A stretch of 64,000 bases of DNA from contig JBBRLI010000009.1 in NCBI GenBank assembly GCA_038231455.1, forward strand, positions 32,001-96,000, read 5' to 3'. Made by a program: the position numbers and the translations under genes. The notes beneath the pieces are model-generated. The model was not told the DNA's origin. It worked only from the letters and a program-made list of their open reading frames with translations, and made no database searches. Below are positions 40,147 through 50,471 of the stretch, in pieces. Numbering within the stretch: the first letter of the stretch is position 1; every line of letters starts with the position of its first letter. The DNA comes from Vulcanimicrobiales bacterium. Its GTDB lineage: Bacteria; Vulcanimicrobiota; Vulcanimicrobiia; Vulcanimicrobiales; Vulcanimicrobiaceae.

Positions 40147-40923
40147 GTGGCAATCATAACGAAGGCCGCTGCCGCACGCGGCGACTCGCAGCAAAAGAAG
40201 AAGAAGGTCGCCGAAAAGATGGAGAGCGCCGGCATGATGCGCTGGCTGCTCACCTATGCCGACATGATCACCCTGCTGCTCGCACTCTTCATCATTCTTT
40301 TCGCTATCTCGACCATCAGCCGCGTCAAGTTTCAGACATTCGCAAAAGATATTTCAGCCGGCTTCAACAACGATTACGCAATCAACAATCCGCCCAACGG
40401 CGGCACGACGGGTTCGCAGACCGGGTCCAACGGCGAGGCAAACCTCAAAACGATCCAGATTCAAGTCAAGAGCTACGTTCGTCAGAAACAGCTCGAAAAG
40501 AAAGTCGAAACGCGCATCGACAAGCGAGGCCTGGTTATCACCCTGCTCACCGATAAGGCGCTCTACGACAGCGGCTCGGCCGTGCTCAAGCCCGAGACCG
40601 CGCAATTGCTCGACGATGTCGTCAAACAGCTGCGCGCGCATAGCAATGAAATTCGCGTCGAAGGCAACACCGATACCGACCCGATTGCGACCTCGTCGTA
40701 CCCGACCAACTGGGAACTCTCGACGGCGCGTGCGACGGGGGTCCTCCGGTACCTGGTCGAGCACGATCAATTCGACCCGCGTCGAATCTCCGCTGCGGGA
40801 TACGGCCAGTTTCAGCCGCGAATCCCGAACGATACCGAGGCCCACAAGCAACTCAATCGCCGGGTCGATATCGTGATTCTTAACGGTCAGTTTGCACACG
40901 CCGAAGGCGGGGGAGCCCAGTAG
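40147..40923 (+). CDS. motB: Stator protein MotB
   Basis: WLLTYADMITLLLALF, VEGNTD, NWELSTARA, NRRVDI. Confidence 0.95.
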   Translation: MAIITKAAAARGDSQQKKKKVAEKMESAGMMRWLLTYADMITLLLALFIILFAISTISRVKFQTFAKDISAGFNNDYAINNPPNGGTTGSQTGSNGEANLKTIQIQVKSYVRQKQLEKKVETRIDKRGLVITLLTDKALYDSGSAVLKPETAQLLDDVVKQLRAHSNEIRVEGNTDTDPIATSSYPTNWELSTARATGVLRYLVEHDQFDPRRISAAGYGQFQPRIPNDTEAHKQLNRRVDIVILNGQFAHAEGGGAQ

Positions 40924-40926
40924 CCT

Positions 40927-41916
40927 ATGTCGATGCTCTCGCAAGAAGAAATTGACGCGTTAGTCAATCAGCTTGCCGCTCCCGATACCGAAGGGCCGGG
41001 CCTCGAAGGCCGCAAGATCAAATCGTTCGACTTCCGCTTCACCAAGCGCCTCGAGAAGTTTTCGAACAACCAACTGCAGACGTTGCGAACGCTCCACGAC
41101 AACTTCACGCATTTGCTCAACAACTCGCTCTCGGTCTATCTGCGCACGCGGGTCGAGGCAACGATCGTCTCGATCGAACAAATCAGCTACGGCGACTTCA
41201 TCGCCTCGATCGGCATTCCGTCGATCCTCTCGATCTTCTCCATGGACCCGCTACCGGGATCGGGCATCGTCCAAGTCGATCTCAACCTCGTTTTCTCGAT
41301 CATCGACCGGCTGCTCGGCGGTCCGGGTTGGTATCCGCAAAAGCTTCGCGATCTCACCGATATCGAGCGCACGCTCATGCAGCGCTTCATGGCCCGTATG
41401 CTCAATAGCTACCGCGAGTCGTGGAACTATCTGCTGACGCTCTCGCTCAAGATCGAGGCGCTGGACTCCAACCCGCAGTTCATCCCGCGCATCATTCCGC
41501 TCGACCAGATCGTGGCGTACGTCAGCTGCGAACTCAAAGTCGGCGATATGGCTGGCGTGATGAACTTCTGCCTGCCGTATCTTGTGCTGCAGTCGATCGG
41601 CCCGCAACTCTCCGACTTCCAGTGGTCACCCTCGGTCGTCGCTGGCCGCGGTATGACGGAAGAAGACATCGCGCAGCTCGTACGCAACGTGGAGCGCGCC
41701 GAAGTCGATCTGACGGTCGAACTCGGTCGCACGATCGTCTCGCTGCGCGACCTGATCGCGCTCCAGCCGGGCGACGTCGTGCTCTTCGATAAAGACGTGA
41801 CGCAGCCGCTGATCGCAAAAGCCAACGACGTCGAGAAATTCAAAGTGTTTCCCGGATTGCACCGTGACAAGCTCGCGGTCTCGGTCGCCGAGATCATCGA
41901 AAGTGAGGACCAGTAA
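40927..41916 (+). CDS. fliM: Switch protein FliM
   Basis: LSQEEIDAL, IDRLLGG, LTDIE, C-terminal SpoA domain. Confidence 0.95.
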   Translation: MSMLSQEEIDALVNQLAAPDTEGPGLEGRKIKSFDFRFTKRLEKFSNNQLQTLRTLHDNFTHLLNNSLSVYLRTRVEATIVSIEQISYGDFIASIGIPSILSIFSMDPLPGSGIVQVDLNLVFSIIDRLLGGPGWYPQKLRDLTDIERTLMQRFMARMLNSYRESWNYLLTLSLKIEALDSNPQFIPRIIPLDQIVAYVSCELKVGDMAGVMNFCLPYLVLQSIGPQLSDFQWSPSVVAGRGMTEEDIAQLVRNVERAEVDLTVELGRTIVSLRDLIALQPGDVVLFDKDVTQPLIAKANDVEKFKVFPGLHRDKLAVSVAEIIESEDQ

Positions 41917-42795
41917 GTGTCTCCCGTTTCCTCGATGCGCGGAGTCGCCGATGCGATGTTCGCCTCGGCCGCCGCGGTGCTCGCAACGCTGGTCGACCGC
42001 ACGGTCAATGCCGGCCCGACCGAAGAAGCCAAAAGCGAATCCTCGATTCGCGTTGAGGCCGACACCGTCGCGACGATGACCTCGATCCCAAGCGCAGGCG
42101 TTTCGTTCGTCGTTCGCTACGCCAAGGCGGATCTCGGTACCGTCGTGGGCATCATGCTCGGAACGCCGACCGGCGGCGAGCTCGATGCAATGCAGCTCTC
42201 GATCGTCTCTGAGACGGTCGCGCAGATTTCAAGCGCCATGGGCGAGCGCGTCGCGCAGAACATGGGCGTCTCGGCGGATGGAATTCATTCCGACGTCGTC
42301 ACCGATGCGGGCACGTTTCCGGCGCCGCCGTTCGATTCGTACCGGTCGACGCTCGCACTCGGCGAGGACATGAAGTCACTTCTTACTATCGATTTCGATG
42401 GGATGGCAAAAAACAAAATGGAAGGCCCGGCTCCGGCACCCGCTGCCCCGGCTCCCGCTCCGCGTGCGGCGAATCCGCCGCCCGCAACGCAGGCGGTCGC
42501 GTTCACCCAGATGGCCCCAACTCCGATCCGACCGGCCCCGCACGGCCATGCGAATCTCGATCTCGTGCACGACATTCCGCTGCAGATCTCCGCGGTGCTC
42601 GGTATGACCTCGCTCTCGCTACGCGACGTGGTCGCGCTCCAGAGCGGATCGGTCTTCGAACTCGACAAAGCCTCAACCGATCCGATCGACCTTTATGTGA
42701 ACAACATCCTCATCGCGCGCGGTGAAGTGGTCGTGGTCGACGATAAATACGCGGTGAAGATCAACGAGCTCAACCCGCACGTGGAGAAAGTCTAG
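41917..42795 (+). CDS. fliN: FliY/FliN switch protein (degenerate CheC-like N-terminus + SpoA domain)
   Basis: NLDLVHDIPLQISAVLG...GSVFELDK...IARGEVVVVDD; 292 aa. Confidence 0.88.
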   Translation: MSPVSSMRGVADAMFASAAAVLATLVDRTVNAGPTEEAKSESSIRVEADTVATMTSIPSAGVSFVVRYAKADLGTVVGIMLGTPTGGELDAMQLSIVSETVAQISSAMGERVAQNMGVSADGIHSDVVTDAGTFPAPPFDSYRSTLALGEDMKSLLTIDFDGMAKNKMEGPAPAPAAPAPAPRAANPPPATQAVAFTQMAPTPIRPAPHGHANLDLVHDIPLQISAVLGMTSLSLRDVVALQSGSVFELDKASTDPIDLYVNNILIARGEVVVVDDKYAVKINELNPHVEKV

Positions 42796-42810
42796 CGCCG
42801 GGCTAGCACG

Positions 42811-43164
42811 ATGGATACGGGGTTCTACCTGCGCGTCGTTTGGGCGTTTGCCCTCATCGCGCTCGTCCTCTACGGCCTGACGTATCTCGTGAAAATTCTC
42901 GGGCGCGGGCGTCTCATCGTCGCAAGCGAGCGTCGTTTAGTCTCGGTTATCGAATCGACGATGGTGGCGCAAAATACCGCCCTCCACGTCGTGAAGATCG
43001 CCGACAAATTCTACTTGGTCGGAGGCGGGATGGGCCATATCGCGCTCATCAGTGAACTGCCCGCCGACTCCGTTGCGCCGTGGATCGAGCAGCAAAAGAA
43101 ATCACTCGGCGATCAGCGCGATGCCCTCACATCGTTCCTCGCCCGCTTTCGGAAGCAATCGTGA
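42811..43164 (+). CDS. fliO: Flagellar protein FliO
   Basis: N-terminal TM; LSVIE-type strand, LHVVKIADKFYLVG; position before fliP. Confidence 0.82.
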   Translation: MDTGFYLRVVWAFALIALVLYGLTYLVKILGRGRLIVASERRLVSVIESTMVAQNTALHVVKIADKFYLVGGGMGHIALISELPADSVAPWIEQQKKSLGDQRDALTSFLARFRKQS

Positions 43165-43949
43165 TCCGTCGTCTCCTGCCGTATCTCTTCACGCTGATCG
43201 GCGCGCTTGCAATCGTGCTCGCTTTCACGCATCCCGCACTCGCGCAAACGGCGCCGACGGCCCCAACGATCGCGATTCCGAAAATCAACTTCGGTATAAC
43301 GGGTTCGAATAAGCCCGCAGACGTCGCGCTCTCGCTGCAGATCCTCGTCCTGCTCACCGTGCTGACGCTCGCGCCGACGCTCCTCGTCCTGCTCACCTCG
43401 TTCACGCGTATCGTCATCGTGCTTTCGTTCGTGCGCACGGCGCTCGGCACGCAGCAAGTGCCGCCGACCCAAGTCCTCGTCGGGCTCTCGCTGCTTTTGA
43501 CGTTCTTCATCATGCAGCCGGTCATCACCGATGTGAACAAGAACGCCCTTCAGCCGTATCTTGCAAACAAGATTTCGCAAGGGAAGGCTTTGGATACCGC
43601 GGCGAAGCCACTACGCAAATTTATGTTCAAGCAGACGCGCGAGAAAGACATCGCGCTCTTCTATTCGCTTTCCAAAGAGACGAAGCAGCCGCGCAATCAG
43701 GACGACGTCCCGACCTATTTGTTGATTCCGGCTTTCGTGATCTCCGAACTCAAGACGGCTTTTGAGATCGGCTTTGCAATCTACATTCCGTTCATCGTGA
43801 TCGACATGGTGGTCGCCTCGGTCTTGCTCTCGATGGGCATGATGATGATTCCACCGGTCTTGATCTCGCTGCCGTTCAAGATTTTGATCTTCTTGCTCGT
43901 CGACGGCTGGAACCTGACGATCAACGCGCTCTTCCAGAGTTTCCGATGA
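43161..43949 (+). CDS. fliP: Export gate protein FliP
   Basis: TSFTRIVIVL, PPTQVLVGL, LIPAFVISELKTAF, LPFKILIFLLVDGW; GTGA overlap with fliO. Confidence 0.96.
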   Translation: MIRRLLPYLFTLIGALAIVLAFTHPALAQTAPTAPTIAIPKINFGITGSNKPADVALSLQILVLLTVLTLAPTLLVLLTSFTRIVIVLSFVRTALGTQQVPPTQVLVGLSLLLTFFIMQPVITDVNKNALQPYLANKISQGKALDTAAKPLRKFMFKQTREKDIALFYSLSKETKQPRNQDDVPTYLLIPAFVISELKTAFEIGFAIYIPFIVIDMVVASVLLSMGMMMIPPVLISLPFKILIFLLVDGWNLTINALFQSFR

Positions 43950-44215
43950 CCTTCGCAACCGCACTCTCGCTCGGGCGCGACGCGATCGTCGTGACGCTCT
44001 TGGTTTGCGCGCCCGCGCTCTTGCTCGGTCTCTTCACGGGTCTTGCCGTTTCGATTTTCCAGGCGGTGACGCAGATCCAGGAGCCGACGCTCACGTTCAT
44101 CCCCAAAATCGTCGTCGTGGCGCTCGCACTCTTGTTCTTCGGACCATTTATGCTCGCGCTCTTAACCGATTTTACGAGTCGTGTCTTTTCCAATTTGCCG
44201 GCCTACATCAAGTAG
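43946..44215 (+). CDS. fliQ: Export gate protein FliQ
   Basis: SIFQAVTQIQEPTLTFIPK. Confidence 0.96.
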   Translation: MTFATALSLGRDAIVVTLLVCAPALLLGLFTGLAVSIFQAVTQIQEPTLTFIPKIVVVALALLFFGPFMLALLTDFTSRVFSNLPAYIK

Positions 44216-44221
44216 GGCCGA

Positions 44222-45004
44222 ATGACCGATCTGTACGGACTTGGCACCCCTCGTCTCGAGACCTATTTCCTTATCGCGATTCGCGTCGGGTTCATGCTCT
44301 CGCTCATGCCGGTGCTCTCGGCCCGTCAGATCCCGCCGTTGATCCGGATCGGGATCATGTTGATCCTGACGTTTCTAATTGCCAAGCTCGTCCCGGTCGT
44401 CCATGCCTTGAGCCTGGGTCAACTCGCGATCGCCATCATCGAACAGGCGGTCGTCGGACTGGTCTATGGGTTCGTCGCGTTCTTGGTGTTCAACGGGATT
44501 CAGTTTGCCGGTGAGATCCTCGACATCCAAATCGGCTATGGCGTCGTCAACGTCATCAATCCGCAGACACAGCAGCAAGTGACGATCATCGGCGAATTCC
44601 AGCTTGCCTTCGCCACGCTCGTGTACTTGATCACGAATTCCCATCACTACCTCATCGCCGGTATCGTCGGATCGTTCAACCTCCTCCCGCTGCCGGATAT
44701 CGCGCTCAACGCGGTGGCGCTCTCCGACGTCGTGCACTTTTTCACGCAGTCGCTCTTTATCGTGTTTCAAATCGCCGCGCCCGTCGCCGTCGCGCTGTTC
44801 CTCGTCAACATTGCGCTTGCGCTGATGGCGCGCGTGGCTCCGCAGATGAATATCTTCGCCGTCGGGTTTCCGCTGCAAATCATGGTCGGTCTCCTGATGA
44901 TCATCGTCTCGTTTCCGCTCCTCGGCACGGTACTGCCGCAAATCTTCAGCGACGTTCCGCAGCGCTTGGACACCGTCATGCGCGCGTTGCAGCCGGCAAA
45001 ATAA
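44222..45004 (+). CDS. fliR: Export gate protein FliR
   Basis: AGEILDIQIG, ARVAPQMNIFAVGFP. Confidence 0.95.
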   Translation: MTDLYGLGTPRLETYFLIAIRVGFMLSLMPVLSARQIPPLIRIGIMLILTFLIAKLVPVVHALSLGQLAIAIIEQAVVGLVYGFVAFLVFNGIQFAGEILDIQIGYGVVNVINPQTQQQVTIIGEFQLAFATLVYLITNSHHYLIAGIVGSFNLLPLPDIALNAVALSDVVHFFTQSLFIVFQIAAPVAVALFLVNIALALMARVAPQMNIFAVGFPLQIMVGLLMIIVSFPLLGTVLPQIFSDVPQRLDTVMRALQPAK

Positions 45005-45007
45005 CCG

Positions 45008-46075
45008 GTGGCAAAGCCGGAGCAAACAGAGAAGGCGACACCCAAACGCGTTCGCGAGGCGCGCGAGCGCGGACAGGTTTCGCGCTCGGTCGATATCGGT
45101 GGCGCCTCGATTTTCCTTGCCATCATCACGACGATCCATGTCGGTTTCCTTGCGACGATGGATATGATGGGCAAAGACTTCATCATCGCCCTGAGCAACC
45201 TCGGGACGCGCGAAGAAGTCAACATCTTTTCGACCTGGCATCTCTTCATTCGCTCGGGGCTGCCGTACGCGGCTTTGCTCGGGTTGATCTTTCTTGCGGC
45301 GCTAACGATCGGCGTCGGCGCAAATTTACTGCAGTTCGGGTTTCTCTTTTCTCCGAAGCTTCTGCAGCCGAAATTTAGCAAGCTCAACCCGCTCGCTGGA
45401 ATCAAACGCACGTTCTTCTCGCCGCAGTCACTCGTCAATCTTGTCAAGCAACTGGCCAAACTCAGCGTCGTCGTGGTTATCGTGTATCTCGGCGTCAAGG
45501 ACAACGTCTCGCATTTCATGAGCCTCGCGCACGTTGCTCCGCGCGAGATCATGCAGTTTACCGAAGGCATCTGCTACGGAATCGGCGTGCGCTTCGGAAT
45601 ACTGCTCCTGGCGCTCGGTATCGCCGACTATTTTTGGGAGAAGAAGCAACTCGGCGATTCGCTCAAGATGACCAAGACCGAAGTCAAAGACGAGAACAAA
45701 CAGTCCGAAGGTAATCCCGAGGCAAAAGCAGCGCTGCGCAACCGGCAACGTGCGATGGCGCGGCGCCGCATGATGGCCGCCGTCCCCAAAGCAACGGTCG
45801 TGGTGACGAACCCCACCCACTACGCAATCGCCCTGGAGTGGGACGAACTCACAATGGCCGCGCCCGTGATCACGGCCAAAGGGGCCGATCTGCTCGCCAA
45901 ACGTATTCGCGAGATTGCCAAAGAAAACAACGTCCCGATTATGGAGAACCCGCCTCTCGCGCGCGCGCTCTACGACAAAGTGGCGCTCGATTCGCCGGTG
46001 CCGGCCGATCTCTATTCCGCCGTCGCGCAGGTCATTGCGTTCGTCTACCGTCTCAAAAACAAAACAATCGCTTAG
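45008..46075 (+). CDS. flhB: Export switch protein FlhB
   Basis: TEKATPKR, EGNPE, NPTH autocleavage motif. Confidence 0.96.
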   Translation: MAKPEQTEKATPKRVREARERGQVSRSVDIGGASIFLAIITTIHVGFLATMDMMGKDFIIALSNLGTREEVNIFSTWHLFIRSGLPYAALLGLIFLAALTIGVGANLLQFGFLFSPKLLQPKFSKLNPLAGIKRTFFSPQSLVNLVKQLAKLSVVVVIVYLGVKDNVSHFMSLAHVAPREIMQFTEGICYGIGVRFGILLLALGIADYFWEKKQLGDSLKMTKTEVKDENKQSEGNPEAKAALRNRQRAMARRRMMAAVPKATVVVTNPTHYAIALEWDELTMAAPVITAKGADLLAKRIREIAKENNVPIMENPPLARALYDKVALDSPVPADLYSAVAQVIAFVYRLKNKTIA

Positions 46076-46147
46076 CGCATTTGTAAGATAATCAAGACCG
46101 TCAACGGGCGGTAGCCGCGTTGTTGCTAGCGAACCCCCACCGAACAA

Positions 46148-47551
46148 ATGCTAAGTTTTGCGACGTCGCCCGTTAGCGTACGTCAACGGACAATCGGTTT
46201 CGGTGCCCTCACCCTGCTCGGTCTTACGACGCTGCTGGGATTCGCATTTGCGCGTGTCCCGCTTCCCGGAGTCGACGTGTTCGTGCCAATGGTCGCCGCC
46301 GCGGTGATCGTTCTGGGCTTGGTGATGTGCTTGATCGTCGCCGGCCAGGCGCTGGTGGCGCGCAACGCCTCGCTTGCGGTCTTTGCCGGTTCGTTTATCA
46401 CGGGCGTCTTCATGGTCGTCCCGCAGATCCTCATCTACCGCTTGGGTGGGGAACGCGGCTGGATCGGGGCAGGCAATGTCTCTTCCGTCTGGTCTTGGAT
46501 CTTCGCGCAAATTCTCGAGGCCGCCAGTATCGCGGTTTACTTGTGGTTCGATACCCGTTCGATTCGGCGTCTCACCGCGCGCGAGATTTGGCGCCTTCTC
46601 ATCGCGGTCGTCGTGGTCGCATCGGTTGCCGCGGGCGCGCTCGGATCACTTGCGATCTTCGGGACGGATGTCTTGCCGACGATCGCGTACGCTACCGGCG
46701 TCGTAAAGAACGTCACAGCCGAGCGTATTTTTGTCCTGTTGATCGTCGTTCGTCTGGGGATTCTCGTTGCGGCTGCGATCGTCACGCGTGGTCGAACGGT
46801 CCTCAACCTGTGGCTGATCGTGGTGCTCGCCGCGTTGTTGGGCGATGTCCTGATCACGCTGACGGCGGGGATGCGCTTTAGCGTCGGCTGGTATCTCGGT
46901 CGGATCGAGGACCTCCTCGCCGTTGGGGCGATGTCGATCGCCTATTTGATCGAACTCACCACGACGTCGGCGGGACTAGCCGAACTTGCGACGATCGACG
47001 GACTAACGGGCGTCGGTAACCGGCGACTCTACGACGACCGGCTCCTCACCGCATACCGGAATGCGATTCGGCATGAGCAGCCACTCGGGCTGGTCCTTAT
47101 CGACGTGGATCATTTTAAATCGTTCAACGACGCCTACGGCCACCTCGCAGGCGATGACGCCCTTCGCGTCATTGCTCGCGTGATGAAAGAGTCGCTCGGC
47201 CGCTCGGTCGATATCGTCGCTCGCGTCGGAGGCGAAGAATTCGCGGTCCTCTTGCCCGCGTCTGACGAAGCCGGCGCCCTGGTCGTGGCCGAGCGGATCC
47301 GGCGCGGCATCGAGGCGCTCGCAATTCCGCAGGCGGGCGCCCCGGCGGGCGTTCTTACCGTCTCGCTAGGCGCGACTTCGCTAGCCGCCGATGACTCGAC
47401 GTCGAGTTTTGCTGCCCGCGCCGACGCCGCGCTCTACCGGGCAAAGGCGCTCGGCCGCAACCGGACGGTCACTTCGAGCGGCCGCCTCGGGGGGTTGCCG
47501 CGGCTGTGTAAAATCGCAGGTTCGCGGCATCACAATCGGCAAGCCAAGTAG
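46148..47551 (+). CDS. MASE4-type membrane diguanylate cyclase
   Basis: Multi-TM N-terminus with RFSVGWYLGR; DGLTGVGNRR, RSVD I-site, GGEEF. Confidence 0.88.
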   Translation: MLSFATSPVSVRQRTIGFGALTLLGLTTLLGFAFARVPLPGVDVFVPMVAAAVIVLGLVMCLIVAGQALVARNASLAVFAGSFITGVFMVVPQILIYRLGGERGWIGAGNVSSVWSWIFAQILEAASIAVYLWFDTRSIRRLTAREIWRLLIAVVVVASVAAGALGSLAIFGTDVLPTIAYATGVVKNVTAERIFVLLIVVRLGILVAAAIVTRGRTVLNLWLIVVLAALLGDVLITLTAGMRFSVGWYLGRIEDLLAVGAMSIAYLIELTTTSAGLAELATIDGLTGVGNRRLYDDRLLTAYRNAIRHEQPLGLVLIDVDHFKSFNDAYGHLAGDDALRVIARVMKESLGRSVDIVARVGGEEFAVLLPASDEAGALVVAERIRRGIEALAIPQAGAPAGVLTVSLGATSLAADDSTSSFAARADAALYRAKALGRNRTVTSSGRLGGLPRLCKIAGSRHHNRQAK

Positions 47552-47607
47552 TGTGAGCGCGCCTTGGTGCCGATACCTACAGTAATGCTAGGAGCGGGGA
47601 GTTTTCT

Positions 47608-49740
47608 TTGGCCGTAGCGGCCTCAACACCGAAGTCACCAAGCCTGCTTACACGCATCGGCTCTGCCGGTCATGTGTGGGTTGCTGCTGCCTCCGTCATC
47701 CTCATCATCCTGATGATCGTTCCGGTTGCCCCTTGGGTGATCGATCTGCTGCTCTCGGTGAACATCACCTTGGCGCTGGTCATCATGCTGACGACCCTCT
47801 ATACGGAGAACGCGCTCGCGTTCAGCGTCTTCCCAACGCTGCTGCTCATCGTCACGCTCTTCCGGCTCTCACTCAACATTACGGGCACGCGCTCCATCTT
47901 GCTGCACGCCTACGCGGGCAAGATCATCGAAGCGTTCGGGAACGTCGTCGTGGGCGGCAACTACGCCGTCGGACTCGTTATCTTCGCGATCCTCATCATC
48001 ATTCAGTTCGTCGTGATCACGAACGGCGCCGGCCGCGTCGCAGAAGTTGCCGCCCGATTCACGCTCGATGCGATGCCCGGTAAACAGCTCGCGATCGACG
48101 CCGATCTCAACGCCGGACTGATCACTGAATCCGACGCGCGCCAACGGCGCAAAGATATTCAGCGCGCAGCCGACTTTTACGGCGCGATGGACGGTGCCTC
48201 GAAGTTCGTCCGCGGCGATGCGATCGCTGCAGTCATCATCGTTTTCGTCAACATCATCGGCGGTTTTGTCGTCGGCGTGCTGCAACTGCATCTCGATCCC
48301 GGTACCTCGGCGTCGCGCTTTACGCTCTTGACGATCGGTGAGGGAATCGTTACCCAGATTCCGGCGCTGCTCATTTCGACGGCGACCGGTATCATCGTTA
48401 CGCGCGCGGCCTCGGAATCGAGCTTCGGCGCCGAGGTCTCAAAGCAACTCGTCCAAGAGCCGCGGGCGCTTGCGATTGCGGCCGGGCTGCTGCTGATCTT
48501 CGGGCTCTTCGGACTTCCGCCGTTCTACATGTTCACGATGGCGGCGATCCTCGCCGTGCTGTTCTTCCGCACCCGCGGAACGAAAGCGCGCAATGCTCTC
48601 GTCGCATCGGGCGGCGCGGGAGCGCTGCTCGGCGCCGCCGGCGGTTCCTCGACGGCCTCGCCGAGCGTGAAGCCGGCCGAATCCGTCGTCCCACTGCTCA
48701 GCTACGACCCGATGGAACTCGAGATCGGCTTCGGTCTCATCCCGCTCGTCGACGTCAGCCAAGGCGGCGATCTGCTCGAACGCATCACGATGATCCGTCG
48801 GCACGCCGCGCGCGAACTTGGGATCGTGGTTCCGCCGATCCGCGTTCGCGACAACCTCCAGTTAAAGCCCTCGACGTACATCATCAAAATTTACGGACTC
48901 GAAGTCGCTCGCGCCGAGGTCATGGTCAGCCGACTGCTTGCGATGAATCCCGGCACCGCCACCAATGGTATCGAGGGTATTCCGACCGTCGAACCGGCGT
49001 TCAACTTGCCGGCACTTTGGATTCCCGAGAGTACCCGCGGCGATGCCGAGATGGCCGGCTACACCGTCATCGATCCGACGAGCGTCATCGCAACGCATCT
49101 CACCGAAGTGATCAAAGGGCACGCCCCCGATCTCCTCGGCCGCCAAGAAGCATCGGCGCTCCTCGACAACGTCAAACAGCATTATCCGGTGGTCGTTGAG
49201 GAACTCGTTCCCAATTTGCTCACGGTCGGCGAGATCCAGCGCGTCCTCCAGAATCTCTTACGCGAGCGGATCCCGATCCGCAACCTCTTGCTGATCCTGG
49301 AGAACCTCGCCGACGGCGCACGACAGTCCAAAGACATCGACTTCCTCACGGAAAAAGTGCGCGCCGCAATGGCCCGCCACATCTGTGCGGAGTACGCCGA
49401 AAACGGTCTGCTCTCGGTCATCACGGTCGACCCGCGTCTCGAGCAGCTGCTCGGCGAAGCGGTTCGGCGCGGCGAGGACGCGTACGCACTACTCGATCCG
49501 AATACCGTGGCGAAGATCTACGGCTCGCTCACCAAGCAAATGCAGCTCGCGCAGCAGGCTGGCCTGCCGCCGATCGTCCTGGCCTCACCGTCCGTGCGGT
49601 TAGCGCTCAAACGCCTCACCGAACGCGCGGCTCCGAGTCTGGTCGTCCTTTCGTACTCCGAAATCGCGCCGGGTCTGCGCGTCGAGAGCATCGGCCAAAT
49701 CACGACGACCGATGAAGTCGCCGAAACGGCAAGTGTGTGA
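47608..49740 (+). CDS. flhA: Export protein FlhA
   Basis: RVAEVAARFTLDAMPGKQ, FYGAMDGASKFVRGDA. Confidence 0.97.
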   Translation: MAVAASTPKSPSLLTRIGSAGHVWVAAASVILIILMIVPVAPWVIDLLLSVNITLALVIMLTTLYTENALAFSVFPTLLLIVTLFRLSLNITGTRSILLHAYAGKIIEAFGNVVVGGNYAVGLVIFAILIIIQFVVITNGAGRVAEVAARFTLDAMPGKQLAIDADLNAGLITESDARQRRKDIQRAADFYGAMDGASKFVRGDAIAAVIIVFVNIIGGFVVGVLQLHLDPGTSASRFTLLTIGEGIVTQIPALLISTATGIIVTRAASESSFGAEVSKQLVQEPRALAIAAGLLLIFGLFGLPPFYMFTMAAILAVLFFRTRGTKARNALVASGGAGALLGAAGGSSTASPSVKPAESVVPLLSYDPMELEIGFGLIPLVDVSQGGDLLERITMIRRHAARELGIVVPPIRVRDNLQLKPSTYIIKIYGLEVARAEVMVSRLLAMNPGTATNGIEGIPTVEPAFNLPALWIPESTRGDAEMAGYTVIDPTSVIATHLTEVIKGHAPDLLGRQEASALLDNVKQHYPVVVEELVPNLLTVGEIQRVLQNLLRERIPIRNLLLILENLADGARQSKDIDFLTEKVRAAMARHICAEYAENGLLSVITVDPRLEQLLGEAVRRGEDAYALLDPNTVAKIYGSLTKQMQLAQQAGLPPIVLASPSVRLALKRLTERAAPSLVVLSYSEIAPGLRVESIGQITTTDEVAETASV

Positions 49741-49747
49741 TGCGGCT

Positions 49748-49774
49748 TAAGCTCGGTTGCTCTTCGGCCGATAG
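49748..49774 (+). promoter_or_regulatory. Putative sigma-28 promoter of PilZ-cheY-cheC
   Basis: TAAG-N15-GCCGATAG. Confidence 0.65.
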
Positions 49775-49784
49775 CGTAGAGTAG

Positions 49785-50459
49785 ATGCTACTTCGCGCGT
49801 TGGGTTTTAAGCCCAAGGTCGATGCGAGTTTGCGCCACCGTATGCCGGCGCTCCATTCGTTTGTCGACATGACCCTTGCAAAAGTGCTTCGCCCCGCCTC
49901 CGTCTGCGTTGAAACCATCGGGTCAACGTCGTTCCAGACCTCGACTCCACCTGGCCTCACAGCCGGAATGGGCGCGGTCTTCAGCTACTCAACGGATCAA
50001 GGCAAGTACCGGTTCGCTGCAAAGTGTACCGCGATCAAAGGACCGCACGCGACCTTCGCGATGCCGTCACGGATCGAGGAAATCCAGAAATTCGGCGGGC
50101 AAAAACGCGCCAGCGTTCGGCTCGACACCACGGTCTCCGGACAGTGGCGTTTCGCTCCCGCCGGAAAAGGCATCGGAACGCTGAGTAAAGGTTCGATCAC
50201 CGACATCAGCCGCACGGGCGCGTCGTTGATCATCGACCGTGAATTAAACCAAGGAACGCAGGTTGAGCTTCTCGTGTCGCTCAACACGACATCGCCGATG
50301 TCGTTTCTCGGCGAAGTAAAACGCGTCCAGAAAATCCCGGCATCGGGCAAGGTCTCACACGGACTGATGTTTCACGGCATCCGCCCGGACGAAGATAAAA
50401 AGATCATGGAATATATTAACAAACGGCAAGCGGAGCGGCGCAGCCGAGGTCTCGCCTAG
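49785..50459 (+). CDS. PilZ-domain protein (YcgR/MotI-like flagellar brake)
   Basis: RASVR (RxxxR) and DISRTG (DxSxxG) c-di-GMP-binding motifs. Confidence 0.85.
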   Translation: MLLRALGFKPKVDASLRHRMPALHSFVDMTLAKVLRPASVCVETIGSTSFQTSTPPGLTAGMGAVFSYSTDQGKYRFAAKCTAIKGPHATFAMPSRIEEIQKFGGQKRASVRLDTTVSGQWRFAPAGKGIGTLSKGSITDISRTGASLIIDRELNQGTQVELLVSLNTTSPMSFLGEVKRVQKIPASGKVSHGLMFHGIRPDEDKKIMEYINKRQAERRSRGLA

Positions 50460-50471
50460 AGTGGAGCGGCA

